Shown one piece after another: positions 33,302 through 42,055 of a stretch of DNA of 51,043 nucleotides; position 1 is the stretch's first letter, and the number at the start of each line of letters is the position of its first letter. A program made the translations under genes and the position numbers. The stretch is from NCBI GenBank assembly GCA_964472225.1, contig CAYYJV010000001.1, positions 1-51,043 on the forward strand, given 5' to 3'. Source of the stretch: an uncultured Candidatus Saccharibacteria bacterium. Lineage in GTDB: Bacteria > Patescibacteriota > Minisyncoccia > Minisyncoccales > MHMH01. A model generated the notes under the pieces. The model saw only the letters and a list, made by a program, of their open reading frames with translations. It searched no databases and was not told the origin of the DNA.

Positions 33302-34202
33302 AAACCCTTTGGGGTTCTTGGTTTAGACAGATTGTTTTGTAAACTCCTTCAATAACCGGCACCTTAAGGTTAAACTTTCTAGAAAGAATGTAGGCCTCGC
33401 CGACGGTGATTAATCCTTCAAAAGTGGTCTTGCTGTTTAGTTTGTTTTTAAAATCTAAACTTTTGGCCAATTCTATCCCTAAACTGTAATTCCTGCTCTG
33501 TAAGGATACAGCCGTCAGAATAAGGTCGCCCAAACCAGCCGGTCCATAGAATGTCTCCTCTCTGACCCCCAAGGCCCTACCCAAAGAAATCATATCTTTA
33601 AAACCGGCAACAATCAGGGCGGCTCGGAAATTCTCGCCAAGCCCCAAGCCGTCGCTCAAACCAGTCGCTATCGCAATAACGTTTTTTAAAGCTCCTCCTA
33701 ACTGAACTCCAATTAAATCTTCCGTCAGCTCCACCCTGAAACCTTTTAAATTAAGAAGTTCTTGGAAAATTTCTTTCTGATTCAGGTTATCGACAGCTAA
33801 AGAAACAAAAGCTGGCAAACCTTGAATGACTTCCTCAGCAAAAGTGGGGCCAGACAGATGGGCGTATTTCGCTTCCGGCCAAATCTCTTTTACAACTTGG
33901 CTGGGCAACAAACTGGTTCCCTTTTCAATACCCTTAGCCACTCCAACCACTGGTTGACCGGCATAAAAAGGAGTAAAATTATTAACCACCTCCCGAATGG
34001 CAAAGGAAGGAACGGCTAGTATTAATAAATCACTATCCTTTAATCTACTGATGTCTCCAAAATACTCTAATTCGCCTACTTTTTTACAATTACCCGAGTT
34101 TAAATCTCGGGAATATAACTTAATCCGACAACTATCGGTCAGCTTTTTCCCCAGAGCTGTACCCCATTTCCCTCCGCCTAAAATTCCTATTACTTTTGAC
34201 AT
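33270..34202 (-). CDS. gpsA: NAD(P)H-dependent glycerol-3-phosphate dehydrogenase
   Basis: 310 aa. The Rossmann start GILGGGKWGTALG, plus LSGPTFAEEV and GALKNVIAIATG, are GpsA blocks. Confidence 0.9.
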   Translation of the reverse strand: MSKVIGILGGGKWGTALGKKLTDSCRIKLYSRDLNSGNCKKVGELEYFGDISRLKDSDLLILAVPSFAIREVVNNFTPFYAGQPVVGVAKGIEKGTSLLPSQVVKEIWPEAKYAHLSGPTFAEEVIQGLPAFVSLAVDNLNQKEIFQELLNLKGFRVELTEDLIGVQLGGALKNVIAIATGLSDGLGLGENFRAALIVAGFKDMISLGRALGVREETFYGPAGLGDLILTAVSLQSRNYSLGIELAKSLDFKNKLNSKTTFEGLITVGEAYILSRKFNLKVPVIEGVYKTICLNQEPQRVFEEIQNEIRL

Positions 34203-34633
34203 AAAAATTGATTGGCTTTTTTAAGAATATCCTTGGCGTTTTTGTAAGTTAGCTGTTTTAACGCCTCTTTATAGGGAAGCCATTTATATCCTTTATGCTC
34301 CCAAGAAATTTTCACTTCTTTCTGCTTGGTTTCTGCTAAAAAGAGGGTTACAATTTTAAAAACAGTTTCCCCCACCTCTTTTCCCCCAAACTTGGGGGGA
34401 GTCCTTTTATAAAAGTACTTTATCCATTTTTTGAATCCGGTGATAAATTCAACTTCTTTAATTCCGGTTTCTTCCCCAATTTCTCTTTTGGCCGCCTCTT
34501 CCGGACTTTCTCCTTTTTCAATATTTCCTTTCGGAAAACCCCAGTGGCCGTCTTCGTAATGTAAAAGGAGATACTTAATAGTGTCTTTTTCTTTTCTAAA
34601 AATTACGGCTCCGGCTGATTTCTCTATTGGCAT
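34190..34633 (-). CDS. NUDIX hydrolase (Ap4A-hydrolase-like)
   Basis: 147 aa. It has the Nudix box GFPKGNIEKGESPEEAAKREIGEETGI. Confidence 0.85.
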   Translation of the reverse strand: MPIEKSAGAVIFRKEKDTIKYLLLHYEDGHWGFPKGNIEKGESPEEAAKREIGEETGIKEVEFITGFKKWIKYFYKRTPPKFGGKEVGETVFKIVTLFLAETKQKEVKISWEHKGYKWLPYKEALKQLTYKNAKDILKKANQFLCQK

Positions 34634-34649
34634 AAAATATCCCTGAATA

Positions 34650-34693
34650 ATTGTGACACATTATTCTGCCCCGGCTAATTAATGTGTCACGAT
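34650..34693. promoter_or_regulatory. 14-bp inverted repeat ATTGTGACACATTA-N16-TAATGTGTCACGAT between polX and the NUDIX gene
   Basis: The arms match at 13 of 14 positions. The element begins directly after the polX stop. It could act as a terminator or an operator. No clean U-tract follows. Confidence 0.4.
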
Positions 34694-36412
34694 TTATTTA
34701 AAGAATTTTAATAATTTTTGTAAAGGGTGAACGTTGATAATATCTTCCTTCTCGGCCCAGCCACGCCTCGCCTGAGCGACGCCAAACTCCATAAAACGCA
34801 GTTGGTCCTTACGGTGAGAATCAGTATTAATAACCATTTTTACCCCTGCTTCCTTTGCCCTTCTGATATTTTGGTCATTTAAATCTAATCTCTCAGGAAA
34901 GGAATTAATTTCCAAAATTGTTCCAGTTTCTCTAGCCACTCTTAAAATTTTATCGAAATCAATTTGATATTCATCCCTCTTTTGAATTAGTCTTCCGGTT
35001 GGATGAGAAATTATATCCACATGAGGATTTTTTATTGCTTTAATTATTCTTTCTGTCATTTTTTCTTTGGGCATTTTGAAATTAGAATGAATACCGGCAA
35101 TTACGAAGTCCAATTTCGCCAGCGCTTCATCTTTGATATCAATCGAACCATCGTTTAAAATATTCGCTTCGCAACCGTGTAATATTTGAAAATTGAAAGT
35201 TGAAAATTGGGAATTAAGTTTATCTATCTCCTTTCTTTGTTGAGCCAACTGTCTTTCATTTAAGCCGTGCTCTATTTTTAAAAATTTGGTATGGTCGGTA
35301 ACCCCCACATATTCATATCCTCTTTCTTTTGCCGCCCTCGCCAAATCTTCAATACTATCCTCACCGCCGTTCCAATCGGAATGACAGTGCAAATCACCTT
35401 TAATGTCGTTGAACCTTATAAGCTGCGGAAGCTTTCCCTCCAAAGAAGCTTCAACTTCTCCTTGGTTTTCTCTCATTTCGGGAGGTATCCACAACATGCC
35501 CAACTTTTTATATACCTCCTCTTCTGTTTTACCGGCTATCATTTTTTTTCCTTTGAACAGACCGTATTCTGAAAGCTTAAACCCTTTTTCTATAGCTATT
35601 CTCCTGACGGCAATGTTGTGTTCTTTGGAGCCGGTAAAATACTGAAGAGCCGCGCCGTAGCTTTTCCTGGGCAGCACCCGCACGTCAATGTCAAAACCCC
35701 CTTTCATCCTGACAGAGGTCTTGGTGCTTCCTTTGCCCCAAACTTTCACAACTTCGGGTTGAGAAGCCACAAAATCCATCACTTTTTTGGGGGTTTTAGA
35801 AATTACCAGAAAATCAACATCGCCAATGGTCTCTTTCATGCGTCGGACAGAGCCCGCCGTATCCACCCTTGCCACCCCTTTCAATTCTTTTAGTTTTTGA
35901 TGAATAACCTTGACGCTGGGCAAAATATCTCCCAAAAGAAATCTCCCCTTGCTTCTTTTCAAAAAAGCAATTCCCTCCAAGATATTTTTCTCGGTTTTCT
36001 CTCCGAAGCCCTCCAAGGAAGCTATTTTATGGGCCTTAGCTGCTTTTTCCAAATCTTCCAGATTCCTGATTTCTAATTTCTCGTAAAGTTTTTTGGCTTT
36101 TTTGGGGCCCATACCCTCCACGGCCGTCAGCTCTTCCATTTTGATGGGGGTCTTTTTCTTGAGTTTTTCGTAGTACTTGATTTTCCCCGTCCTTATATAC
36201 TCTTCGATTTTCTCTGCTATGCTTTCTCCGACGCCAGGAATATCCTTCAACGCTTTCAACCCTCCCTCTTGGTAAATTTTGGCTACGTCATCTTCTAGAT
36301 CTTCCAAAACAAGAGCCGCCTTGCGGTAGGCCTGGGGTTTAAACTGTACTTCCTCCATTTCCAGAAAATCCGCTATTTCATAAAAAATGTTGGCGATCTC
36401 TTGGTTTCTCAT
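34694..36412 (-). CDS. polX: DNA polymerase X family protein with C-terminal PHP domain
   Basis: 572 aa. It has N-terminal HhH modules (IPGVGESIAEKI, VEGMGPKKAKKL), the nucleotidyltransferase block GSVRRMKETIGDVDFLV and the PHP motifs (GDLHCHSDWNGG, THPTGR). Confidence 0.9.
   Translation of the reverse strand: MRNQEIANIFYEIADFLEMEEVQFKPQAYRKAALVLEDLEDDVAKIYQEGGLKALKDIPGVGESIAEKIEEYIRTGKIKYYEKLKKKTPIKMEELTAVEGMGPKKAKKLYEKLEIRNLEDLEKAAKAHKIASLEGFGEKTEKNILEGIAFLKRSKGRFLLGDILPSVKVIHQKLKELKGVARVDTAGSVRRMKETIGDVDFLVISKTPKKVMDFVASQPEVVKVWGKGSTKTSVRMKGGFDIDVRVLPRKSYGAALQYFTGSKEHNIAVRRIAIEKGFKLSEYGLFKGKKMIAGKTEEEVYKKLGMLWIPPEMRENQGEVEASLEGKLPQLIRFNDIKGDLHCHSDWNGGEDSIEDLARAAKERGYEYVGVTDHTKFLKIEHGLNERQLAQQRKEIDKLNSQFSTFNFQILHGCEANILNDGSIDIKDEALAKLDFVIAGIHSNFKMPKEKMTERIIKAIKNPHVDIISHPTGRLIQKRDEYQIDFDKILRVARETGTILEINSFPERLDLNDQNIRRAKEAGVKMVINTDSHRKDQLRFMEFGVAQARRGWAEKEDIINVHPLQKLLKFFK
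35183..35216. repeat. Heptamer-type array inside polX
   Basis: The coding strand reads CCAATTTT CAACTTT CAATTTT CAAATAT, which encodes NSQFSTFNFQIL, between PHP motifs. Confidence 0.5.
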
Positions 36413-37026
36413 TTCGGCTTGGGGATTAAGATGATTTCTTTCTTGGGCGGTTCTATATCCTCTTTAATGAAAACAAATAGGACGGTAGAAATTAAGCCCA
36501 AAACGCTTACTCCAATAAAAAGAGGGGTAAAGCCAAAAGCGCTGGCGATTATCCCGCCGAGAATACCCGAAATGCCGGCTCCGATACCCAAAGCAGAACT
36601 ATCCCAAGCCCAGCTTTGAGCTTCTTTGCCGCGGCCGATATGGCGGGTAAAGATTCCGCACCAAGCAGGCAAAGCCAAAGCTGCCCCCGCGGCATGAATT
36701 ACCTGCAAGCCGTATATATGCCAAGGCAGGGTGGCAAAAATGAAGCCGAGGGGCACCAAGCCCATCAATAGTGTGCCTCCTATTAAAAAATAGAAATCAT
36801 CTTTTTCTCCATGATTTTTGTCCAAATAACCACCAATGGGAATTTGAAAAATAGATTTCAAAAGCCAGTAAAGACCGACGGCGATTCCAGCTACTTTAGC
36901 ATCTCCGCCTTGAATATTATCGGTAATAAAAATTGCTAAAATGGGGGCAACCAAACCCCAGCCGAACATTAAGGTAAAATCAGACAAAACCAATATTTTG
37001 ATAACCTTATTAATTGACTTTAGCAT
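36409..37026 (-). CDS. Six-helix membrane protein resembling half of an MFS transporter
   Basis: 205 aa, hydrophobic throughout. It has an MFS-like loop (GGYLDKNHGEKD). It is translationally coupled to polX by a 4-nt overlap. Confidence 0.5.
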   Translation of the reverse strand: MLKSINKVIKILVLSDFTLMFGWGLVAPILAIFITDNIQGGDAKVAGIAVGLYWLLKSIFQIPIGGYLDKNHGEKDDFYFLIGGTLLMGLVPLGFIFATLPWHIYGLQVIHAAGAALALPAWCGIFTRHIGRGKEAQSWAWDSSALGIGAGISGILGGIIASAFGFTPLFIGVSVLGLISTVLFVFIKEDIEPPKKEIILIPKPK

Positions 37027-37044
37027 GTTATTTTATAATAGCTT

Positions 37045-37449
37045 TTAACTGCCAATTACTTTCACCATTACTTCCCTTTCCCGCGGTCGATTGTCAAAGT
37101 CAATGAGAACCAGTTGTTGCCATTGCCCCAAAACTAATTTTCCATTTTCTATTGGCACCGCCAAAAAGGGGTTCATCAAAGCCGACCTGACATGAGCATA
37201 ACCGTTGCAATCGCCCCACTTCTGGCAATGCTCGTAATTTTCGTTCATGGGAATCAATTTATCTAATGCTTTTTTCAAATCTTCGATCAAACCATCCTCA
37301 TACTCAATCGTGGTGATTCCACAAGTTGATCCCGGACAAGAAACCAAACAAACCCCATCCTTAACTCCCCCTTCCTTGAGTTGCTCTTGCACCTTTTCGG
37401 TAATGTCTATTATGTCGGTAAACCCTTTTGTCTTTACGGTAAACGTCAT
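37045..37449 (-). CDS. yjbQ: YjbQ/UPF0047 family protein (secondary thiamine-phosphate synthase-like)
   Basis: 134 aa. DITEKV, HVRSALM and VLGQWQQLVLIDFDNRPREREV are typical of YjbQ. Confidence 0.85.
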   Translation of the reverse strand: MTFTVKTKGFTDIIDITEKVQEQLKEGGVKDGVCLVSCPGSTCGITTIEYEDGLIEDLKKALDKLIPMNENYEHCQKWGDCNGYAHVRSALMNPFLAVPIENGKLVLGQWQQLVLIDFDNRPREREVMVKVIGS

Positions 37450-38483
37450 GGGTGATTATTATTTTCTTTGATAATAGTTTCTAGTTTACGGAAAATGAGG
37501 GTTTTAAGAAGATCCACGCCGAACCTAAAAAATATCACCATGCCCATCAAAGCCAAAAACAGCTCTGCCGCCCTTTGAATCATGGTAAAAGCAGGGGCCG
37601 CCCCCGCTCCCAACCCCAAGGCTCCGAAGGCAAAAGTTTGGATAACTTCATGAGAACCCAAAGCCATGGGAATGGGGATCATAAAAACAAAATAATAGAA
37701 TCCCAAAATCGCCAAAGCAGAAAGGGGAGCAACGCTTTCTCCCAAAAAGATTATCAATACCCAGCACCTCAGCCAGGTTACGGCCACCCTTGCAAAAGCC
37801 AAGAGAGAAGCCACGAAAAGGGCCCTTTTTCTGGACTTAAAGAAGGTGAAAATTTCTTTTTCCGCTTCCAAAACTTCGACGTTAAGGAGCTTCCGGTGAT
37901 TAAAAAGCTTGGCAAAAAGCTTAACCATACTTTCCTTTTTAAAAACTTTAAAATAAAAAAGGCCGATGGCGCAGCTAACAACCAACAACCCTCCCCCCAA
38001 GATTATGCCGATATTTTGGGGGGGCAATCCGATTTTCAAAAGGAAGAAAATCAAGCCGGCAAAAATAGTAATCAAGAATGAAGTAGCTTCCATTATCTTA
38101 TCGATTATTGTAGAGGTCATGCCGTTTTTCCAGGGAATGGAGAAGTTTTCTTTCAATATATATCCTTTAAAAATTTCACCGCCGAAAACAAGCAAAGGAA
38201 AAAGGTAAGCCAAAGAAAAACCGGCCAAATAAGAATTGGTTAATTTTTGCAGGGGCAAGTCGTACCCCTGGCTTTTTAAAATTACCTTCCATTTCCACAT
38301 CCCCAAAAAAAGCATCAAAGCGGTTAATAATAAAATTATTATTCCGTGCCAGCCAGTGAAAATCAAAAAGGCTGACTTGATTTCCTGCCAACCAATAAAA
38401 TGAATTATCCAAACCAAAAGAATAATTCCAATAAATAAAGAAATAAAAAATAGTAAAAGTTTTTTAAACATATTCTTAATCAT
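37446..38483 (-). CDS. Flippase-like membrane protein (UPF0104 / lysylphosphatidylglycerol-synthase TM-region family)
   Basis: 345 aa, ~8 TM segments. It has the pattern of short cytoplasmic basic loops typical of UPF0104. Confidence 0.65.
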   Translation of the reverse strand: MIKNMFKKLLLFFISLFIGIILLVWIIHFIGWQEIKSAFLIFTGWHGIIILLLTALMLFLGMWKWKVILKSQGYDLPLQKLTNSYLAGFSLAYLFPLLVFGGEIFKGYILKENFSIPWKNGMTSTIIDKIMEATSFLITIFAGLIFFLLKIGLPPQNIGIILGGGLLVVSCAIGLFYFKVFKKESMVKLFAKLFNHRKLLNVEVLEAEKEIFTFFKSRKRALFVASLLAFARVAVTWLRCWVLIIFLGESVAPLSALAILGFYYFVFMIPIPMALGSHEVIQTFAFGALGLGAGAAPAFTMIQRAAELFLALMGMVIFFRFGVDLLKTLIFRKLETIIKENNNHP

Positions 38484-38688
38484 TTCCCGCCGCCTTATTT
38501 AGATCATTCAATAACTTTTCCAGGTCTAACTGATGAAGATTGGCCGCTTCTTCGATGGTCTCCGAGAAACCCATCGGACATCCCACGCAGTGCAGCCCGT
38601 AATCCATAAAAACAAATACCGTCTTGGGGTATTTTTTAATTACCTCATTAATAGGCATTTTTTTGGTTATTTTGGGACTTTTCTCCAT
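38476..38688 (-). CDS. DUF1858-type small redox protein (hybrid-cluster-protein-associated disulfide protein family)
   Basis: 70 aa. INEVIKKYPKTVFVFMDYGLHCVGCPMGFSETIEEAA fits the DUF1858 CxxC family. Confidence 0.7.
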   Translation of the reverse strand: MEKSPKITKKMPINEVIKKYPKTVFVFMDYGLHCVGCPMGFSETIEEAANLHQLDLEKLLNDLNKAAGND

Positions 38689-38694
38689 AAGAGT

Positions 38695-38703
38695 ATTATA
38701 TCA
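38695..38703 (-). promoter_or_regulatory. Extended -10 box TGATATAAT positioned for a leaderless transcript of the DUF1858 gene
   Basis: On the minus strand TGATATAAT ends 6 nt before the ATG (38688). There is no Shine-Dalgarno sequence between them. Confidence 0.35.
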
Positions 38704-38810
38704 AAAAAACAAAAAACCGTAAGAGTTTTTGCCGCAAGGATTTTATTCTTACAATTTACAGATGGAGCAACCCCAAACCGGTAGCCGGACGGTCGCCTAA
38801 AATCCTGCCG

Positions 38811-39581
38811 TCAATTCCAAATCATTGATTTCAGAGTTTGGGCGTTTTTTACGGCATACCCCAGGGCATCATTGTTGAAATAAATATAGATATCCAGGCC
38901 TTTTGTCTGCCATTTTTTAATTTTATCTGCCCATTTTTTTAATTCCTCGTTTGAATAATTGGAAGAGTAAAGTGTTTCCCCGCCATGCATCCTAATATAA
39001 ACAAAATTTCCAGTAACAATCTCTCTAAAAGGCCACTTAGGGGAACTGGCCAAACACAAAGAAATATTCCTGTGTTTTTTTAATTTTTGATAAACGTCTT
39101 CTGAAAACCAGCTTTCGTGACGAAATTCTAAAACGAATCTGTGTTTTTTATCTGTTTTTTCAACCATATCTATAAATTCGTTCAACCGGTCTAAATCTTT
39201 CTTCCGATTGGGCGGAAGCTGAAACAAAAAAGGACCCAGCTTGCTGCCAAGGTGCTGAGCCCTCTTCAAAAACTTTTTCCAGGTAGTTTTTACTTGATGA
39301 AGGTATTTAATATGGGTAATATATCTGGAAACTTTTACAGAAAAGACAAATCCTTCGGGCACCTTTTCTTTCCATTTAGAGAAGCTCTTGGAAGAGGGCA
39401 ATCTATAAAAAGGGTAGTTCATTTCTACCGTATTGAAATACCGAGCATAATATTCCAGTTGCTTCTGCTTGGGCAAACCCTTCGGATAAAAAACTCCTTT
39501 CTCCCAATGAGAATAGCTAAAACCCGAAGTACCGATAAATAGTTTATTTAAATACTTCCGTTTCAAAGACATAAAAATCAA
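38811..39581 (-). CDS. DUF72 (UPF0759, YecE-like) family protein
   Basis: 256 aa. IGTSGFSYSHWEKGVFYP, EFRHESW and FNND are DUF72 blocks. Confidence 0.85.
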   Translation of the reverse strand: MIFMSLKRKYLNKLFIGTSGFSYSHWEKGVFYPKGLPKQKQLEYYARYFNTVEMNYPFYRLPSSKSFSKWKEKVPEGFVFSVKVSRYITHIKYLHQVKTTWKKFLKRAQHLGSKLGPFLFQLPPNRKKDLDRLNEFIDMVEKTDKKHRFVLEFRHESWFSEDVYQKLKKHRNISLCLASSPKWPFREIVTGNFVYIRMHGGETLYSSNYSNEELKKWADKIKKWQTKGLDIYIYFNNDALGYAVKNAQTLKSMIWN

Positions 39582-40071
39582 CCGGATTCTTCCTCCAGTG
39601 GTCCGGTCGGAGGCCGGCTTTAAGCATTAGATTTTCCAAAAAGGTTTCTAAATCCCAGTTGTTTTCAGTAGCCACTTGGGGCAAAAAAAGGCCGGAGTTT
39701 AATCCTGCCACTGCCAAAACACCATGCGTCCCTAACTGGATTTCCTCCAAGGAATTAATTTTCTTTAAGGGACCCAGCACGGAAACTTCGTATTCTAATT
39801 CTGGCAATTCCTCTTTGGTGACGGGTGGGAAGCGGGGGTCTTCAAAGGCTGCTGCCAAAGCCATTTGGGAAACTGCTTGATATAAAGGTATATCGGCAGA
39901 CACGCATCCCATGCAGCCCCTGAGCTTTCCCTTCTTTTTCAGCGTGACAAAAACTCCCCGCTTTTCTTTTAATCTTGGGGAATTTGGCTTAAAATCAGAG
40001 ACTTGTCCTCTTTCAAGAAAACCCTTAATCGAGTTTTTAGCGATAGAAAGCAACTGCTCCATAACCCACAA
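39544..40071 (-). CDS. AMMECR1-domain protein (AmmeMemoRadiSam system protein A-like)
   Basis: 175 aa. GVFVTLKKKGKLRGCMG and DPRFPPV are AMMECR1 signatures. Confidence 0.85.
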   Translation of the reverse strand: MWVMEQLLSIAKNSIKGFLERGQVSDFKPNSPRLKEKRGVFVTLKKKGKLRGCMGCVSADIPLYQAVSQMALAAAFEDPRFPPVTKEELPELEYEVSVLGPLKKINSLEEIQLGTHGVLAVAGLNSGLFLPQVATENNWDLETFLENLMLKAGLRPDHWRKNPVDFYVFETEVFK

Positions 40072-40843
40072 CTTGCGATTTGTCTCCCATCCGCCCTGCG
40101 GTTACCCGATCGCCGGAATTGAGATATTTCAATAATTTAGTCTTCCCCCCCACCTTCTTTGCAATTTCTATTAAAGTTTTTACTGAATCGGTAGCACAAA
40201 CTTCTAAATTCTGAGTTTGAAGATCAACAATGCCCCTTAGGGTTTTTCGATCGATCTCCCGAGCTTTTTCATAAGGAAGGTAGTGAGAAAGATCAGCCGA
40301 AGCTATGATTAAAATCTTTCTATATTTAATGTTTTTCAAAATGGCTTTAGCCAAATTCTGCCAATCCTCGTCCTCTGAACCGAAAATGACGGGTAGGATC
40401 TTAAAATCCTGCAATACTTTCTGCAAAAAGGGCAACTGAACTTCAATGGAATGCTCGAACAAATGAGCAGAATCCCTTACTAAAAACCTGTCGGAGGCTG
40501 CCATAATTTTTTGAGCCAAGTTTTTATCCACCTCCAATTTCCCCAAAGGAGTTTGCCAAAATCCGTCGGGCCAAACGGCAACCCCGTCAAATCTTTCATA
40601 ATGAGAATCTCCCATAATGACAACCGTATCAAATTCTTTTCCTAAAATTGTTTTTACGCCGTAAGCTGCTACCAGTCCCGAAAAAAGATATCCAGCATGA
40701 GGCAAAAGCAAACCAAAAACCTCTCCCTCAATTTGTGGAGGCTTAGCTGCAACCAAAAACTTATCTACTATATTAGATAATTCCTCTTTATCTTCCGGAT
40801 AAAATTGTCCGGCTACCGCCGGTAATCTCAATTTTTCCTTCAT
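40037..40843 (-). CDS. Memo-like protein (AmmeMemoRadiSam system protein B)
   Basis: 268 aa. PAVAGQFYP, LPHAGYLFSG and EHSIEVQLPFL are Memo1-family blocks. Confidence 0.85.
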   Translation of the reverse strand: MKEKLRLPAVAGQFYPEDKEELSNIVDKFLVAAKPPQIEGEVFGLLLPHAGYLFSGLVAAYGVKTILGKEFDTVVIMGDSHYERFDGVAVWPDGFWQTPLGKLEVDKNLAQKIMAASDRFLVRDSAHLFEHSIEVQLPFLQKVLQDFKILPVIFGSEDEDWQNLAKAILKNIKYRKILIIASADLSHYLPYEKAREIDRKTLRGIVDLQTQNLEVCATDSVKTLIEIAKKVGGKTKLLKYLNSGDRVTAGRMGDKSQVVGYGAVAFYR

Positions 40844-40884
40844 TTTTCATTTATGTTATCATAATTTTAATAAAATTAAAATTC

Positions 40885-40990
40885 GGTTTCCCCCGTGTCG
40901 GAAATTATCCAAAACCTCGGGAATCGCCCGAAGGCCTCAAAGATTCGTCTACGGCGAATAAAAGAGGGGCTGGGGAAAACCGCGTGATCG
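40885..40990 (+). repeat. Copy D of the inverted-repeat-bounded GC-rich element, in the divergent Memo/rtcA spacer
   Basis: The sequence is GGTTTCCCCCGTGTCGGAAATTATCCAAAACC-[CTCGGGAATCGCCCGAAGG...CGTCTACGGCG...]-AGAGGGGCTGGGGAAAACC followed by GCGTGATCG. It has the same termini and tail as copy A, with extra internal hairpins. Confidence 0.55.
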
Positions 40991-40999
40991 TATTTAAGT

Positions 41000-42055
41000 A
41001 TGATTGAAATAGACGGATCTTATTTAGAGGGCGGCGGTCAAATTCTCCGCACCGCCTGCGCGCTGTCGGCAGTAACCCAAAAACCCTGTCGGATATTTAA
41101 TATAAGGAAAAACAGGCCCAAACCTGGCCTGATTTACCAACATCTTTTGGGGGTGCAAGCACTATCAGAGCTTTGCGGGGCCAGATTAGAAGGGGCAGAA
41201 CTCGGCTCCAAAGAAATTAAATTTTATCCTCATCGAATCCGCAAAAACCAAATATCTGTTAAAATTCCGACGGCAGGAAGTATAACCCTGATATTGCAGG
41301 CTTTAATACTTCCCGCTATTTTCTCTCCTTCTCCAATTAAAATCAATTTTGAAGGCGGAGCTACCGACACCTTTTTTTCTCCCACTATTGATCACTTCCG
41401 CTATGTATTCTTAAAAATCTTGGAAAAAATGGGTGCAAAAACGGAAATAAACATCCAGAAACGCGGCTACTACCCGGAGGGCGGAGCAAAAGTAGAAACA
41501 ACCCTATCACGCTATCAAAACAATGGCAATGTTAACGTGAATGAATTAAAATCAATCAATCTAACTAAAAGAGGGGGCTTAAGAAATATTCTGGCCATTT
41601 CCGGAGCTTCAGAGTTCTTGAGAAATAAAAAGGTGGCTGAAAGGCAGCTGCAAGGAGTAAGGGAGGTTTTAGGAAAACTAAAACTGCCCATCGAAGAAAG
41701 GGCAGAGTATTACCAAACCCAAAACCCTGGCAGCCAAATCTGTCTGGCGGCCGAATTTGAAAATACCGTCATCGGTACAGATAATTTAGGGAAATTGGGG
41801 AGAAGGGCAGAAGATGTGGGCAAGGAGGCCGCCTTGGAACTGTTAAAAGAACAAAAAACCGAGGCCTGCCTCGACAAACACCTGGCTGATCAAATTCTCC
41901 CCTATTTGGCCTTGGCTTCCGGCAAATCTCAAGTGACGGTATCGGAAATCACCGGCCACTGCCAAAGCAACATTTGGGTGATTGAAAAATTTTTAGATGG
42001 TAAATTTGAGATAAAAAACAATCTAATTGCTTGGAAAAAATCTCAGCAAAATTGA
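41000..42055 (+). CDS. rtcA: RNA 3'-terminal phosphate cyclase
   Basis: 351 aa. IDGSYLEGGGQILRTACALSA, GSITLILQA and the catalytic His block DKHLADQILPY are present. Confidence 0.9.
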   Translation: MIEIDGSYLEGGGQILRTACALSAVTQKPCRIFNIRKNRPKPGLIYQHLLGVQALSELCGARLEGAELGSKEIKFYPHRIRKNQISVKIPTAGSITLILQALILPAIFSPSPIKINFEGGATDTFFSPTIDHFRYVFLKILEKMGAKTEINIQKRGYYPEGGAKVETTLSRYQNNGNVNVNELKSINLTKRGGLRNILAISGASEFLRNKKVAERQLQGVREVLGKLKLPIEERAEYYQTQNPGSQICLAAEFENTVIGTDNLGKLGRRAEDVGKEAALELLKEQKTEACLDKHLADQILPYLALASGKSQVTVSEITGHCQSNIWVIEKFLDGKFEIKNNLIAWKKSQQN

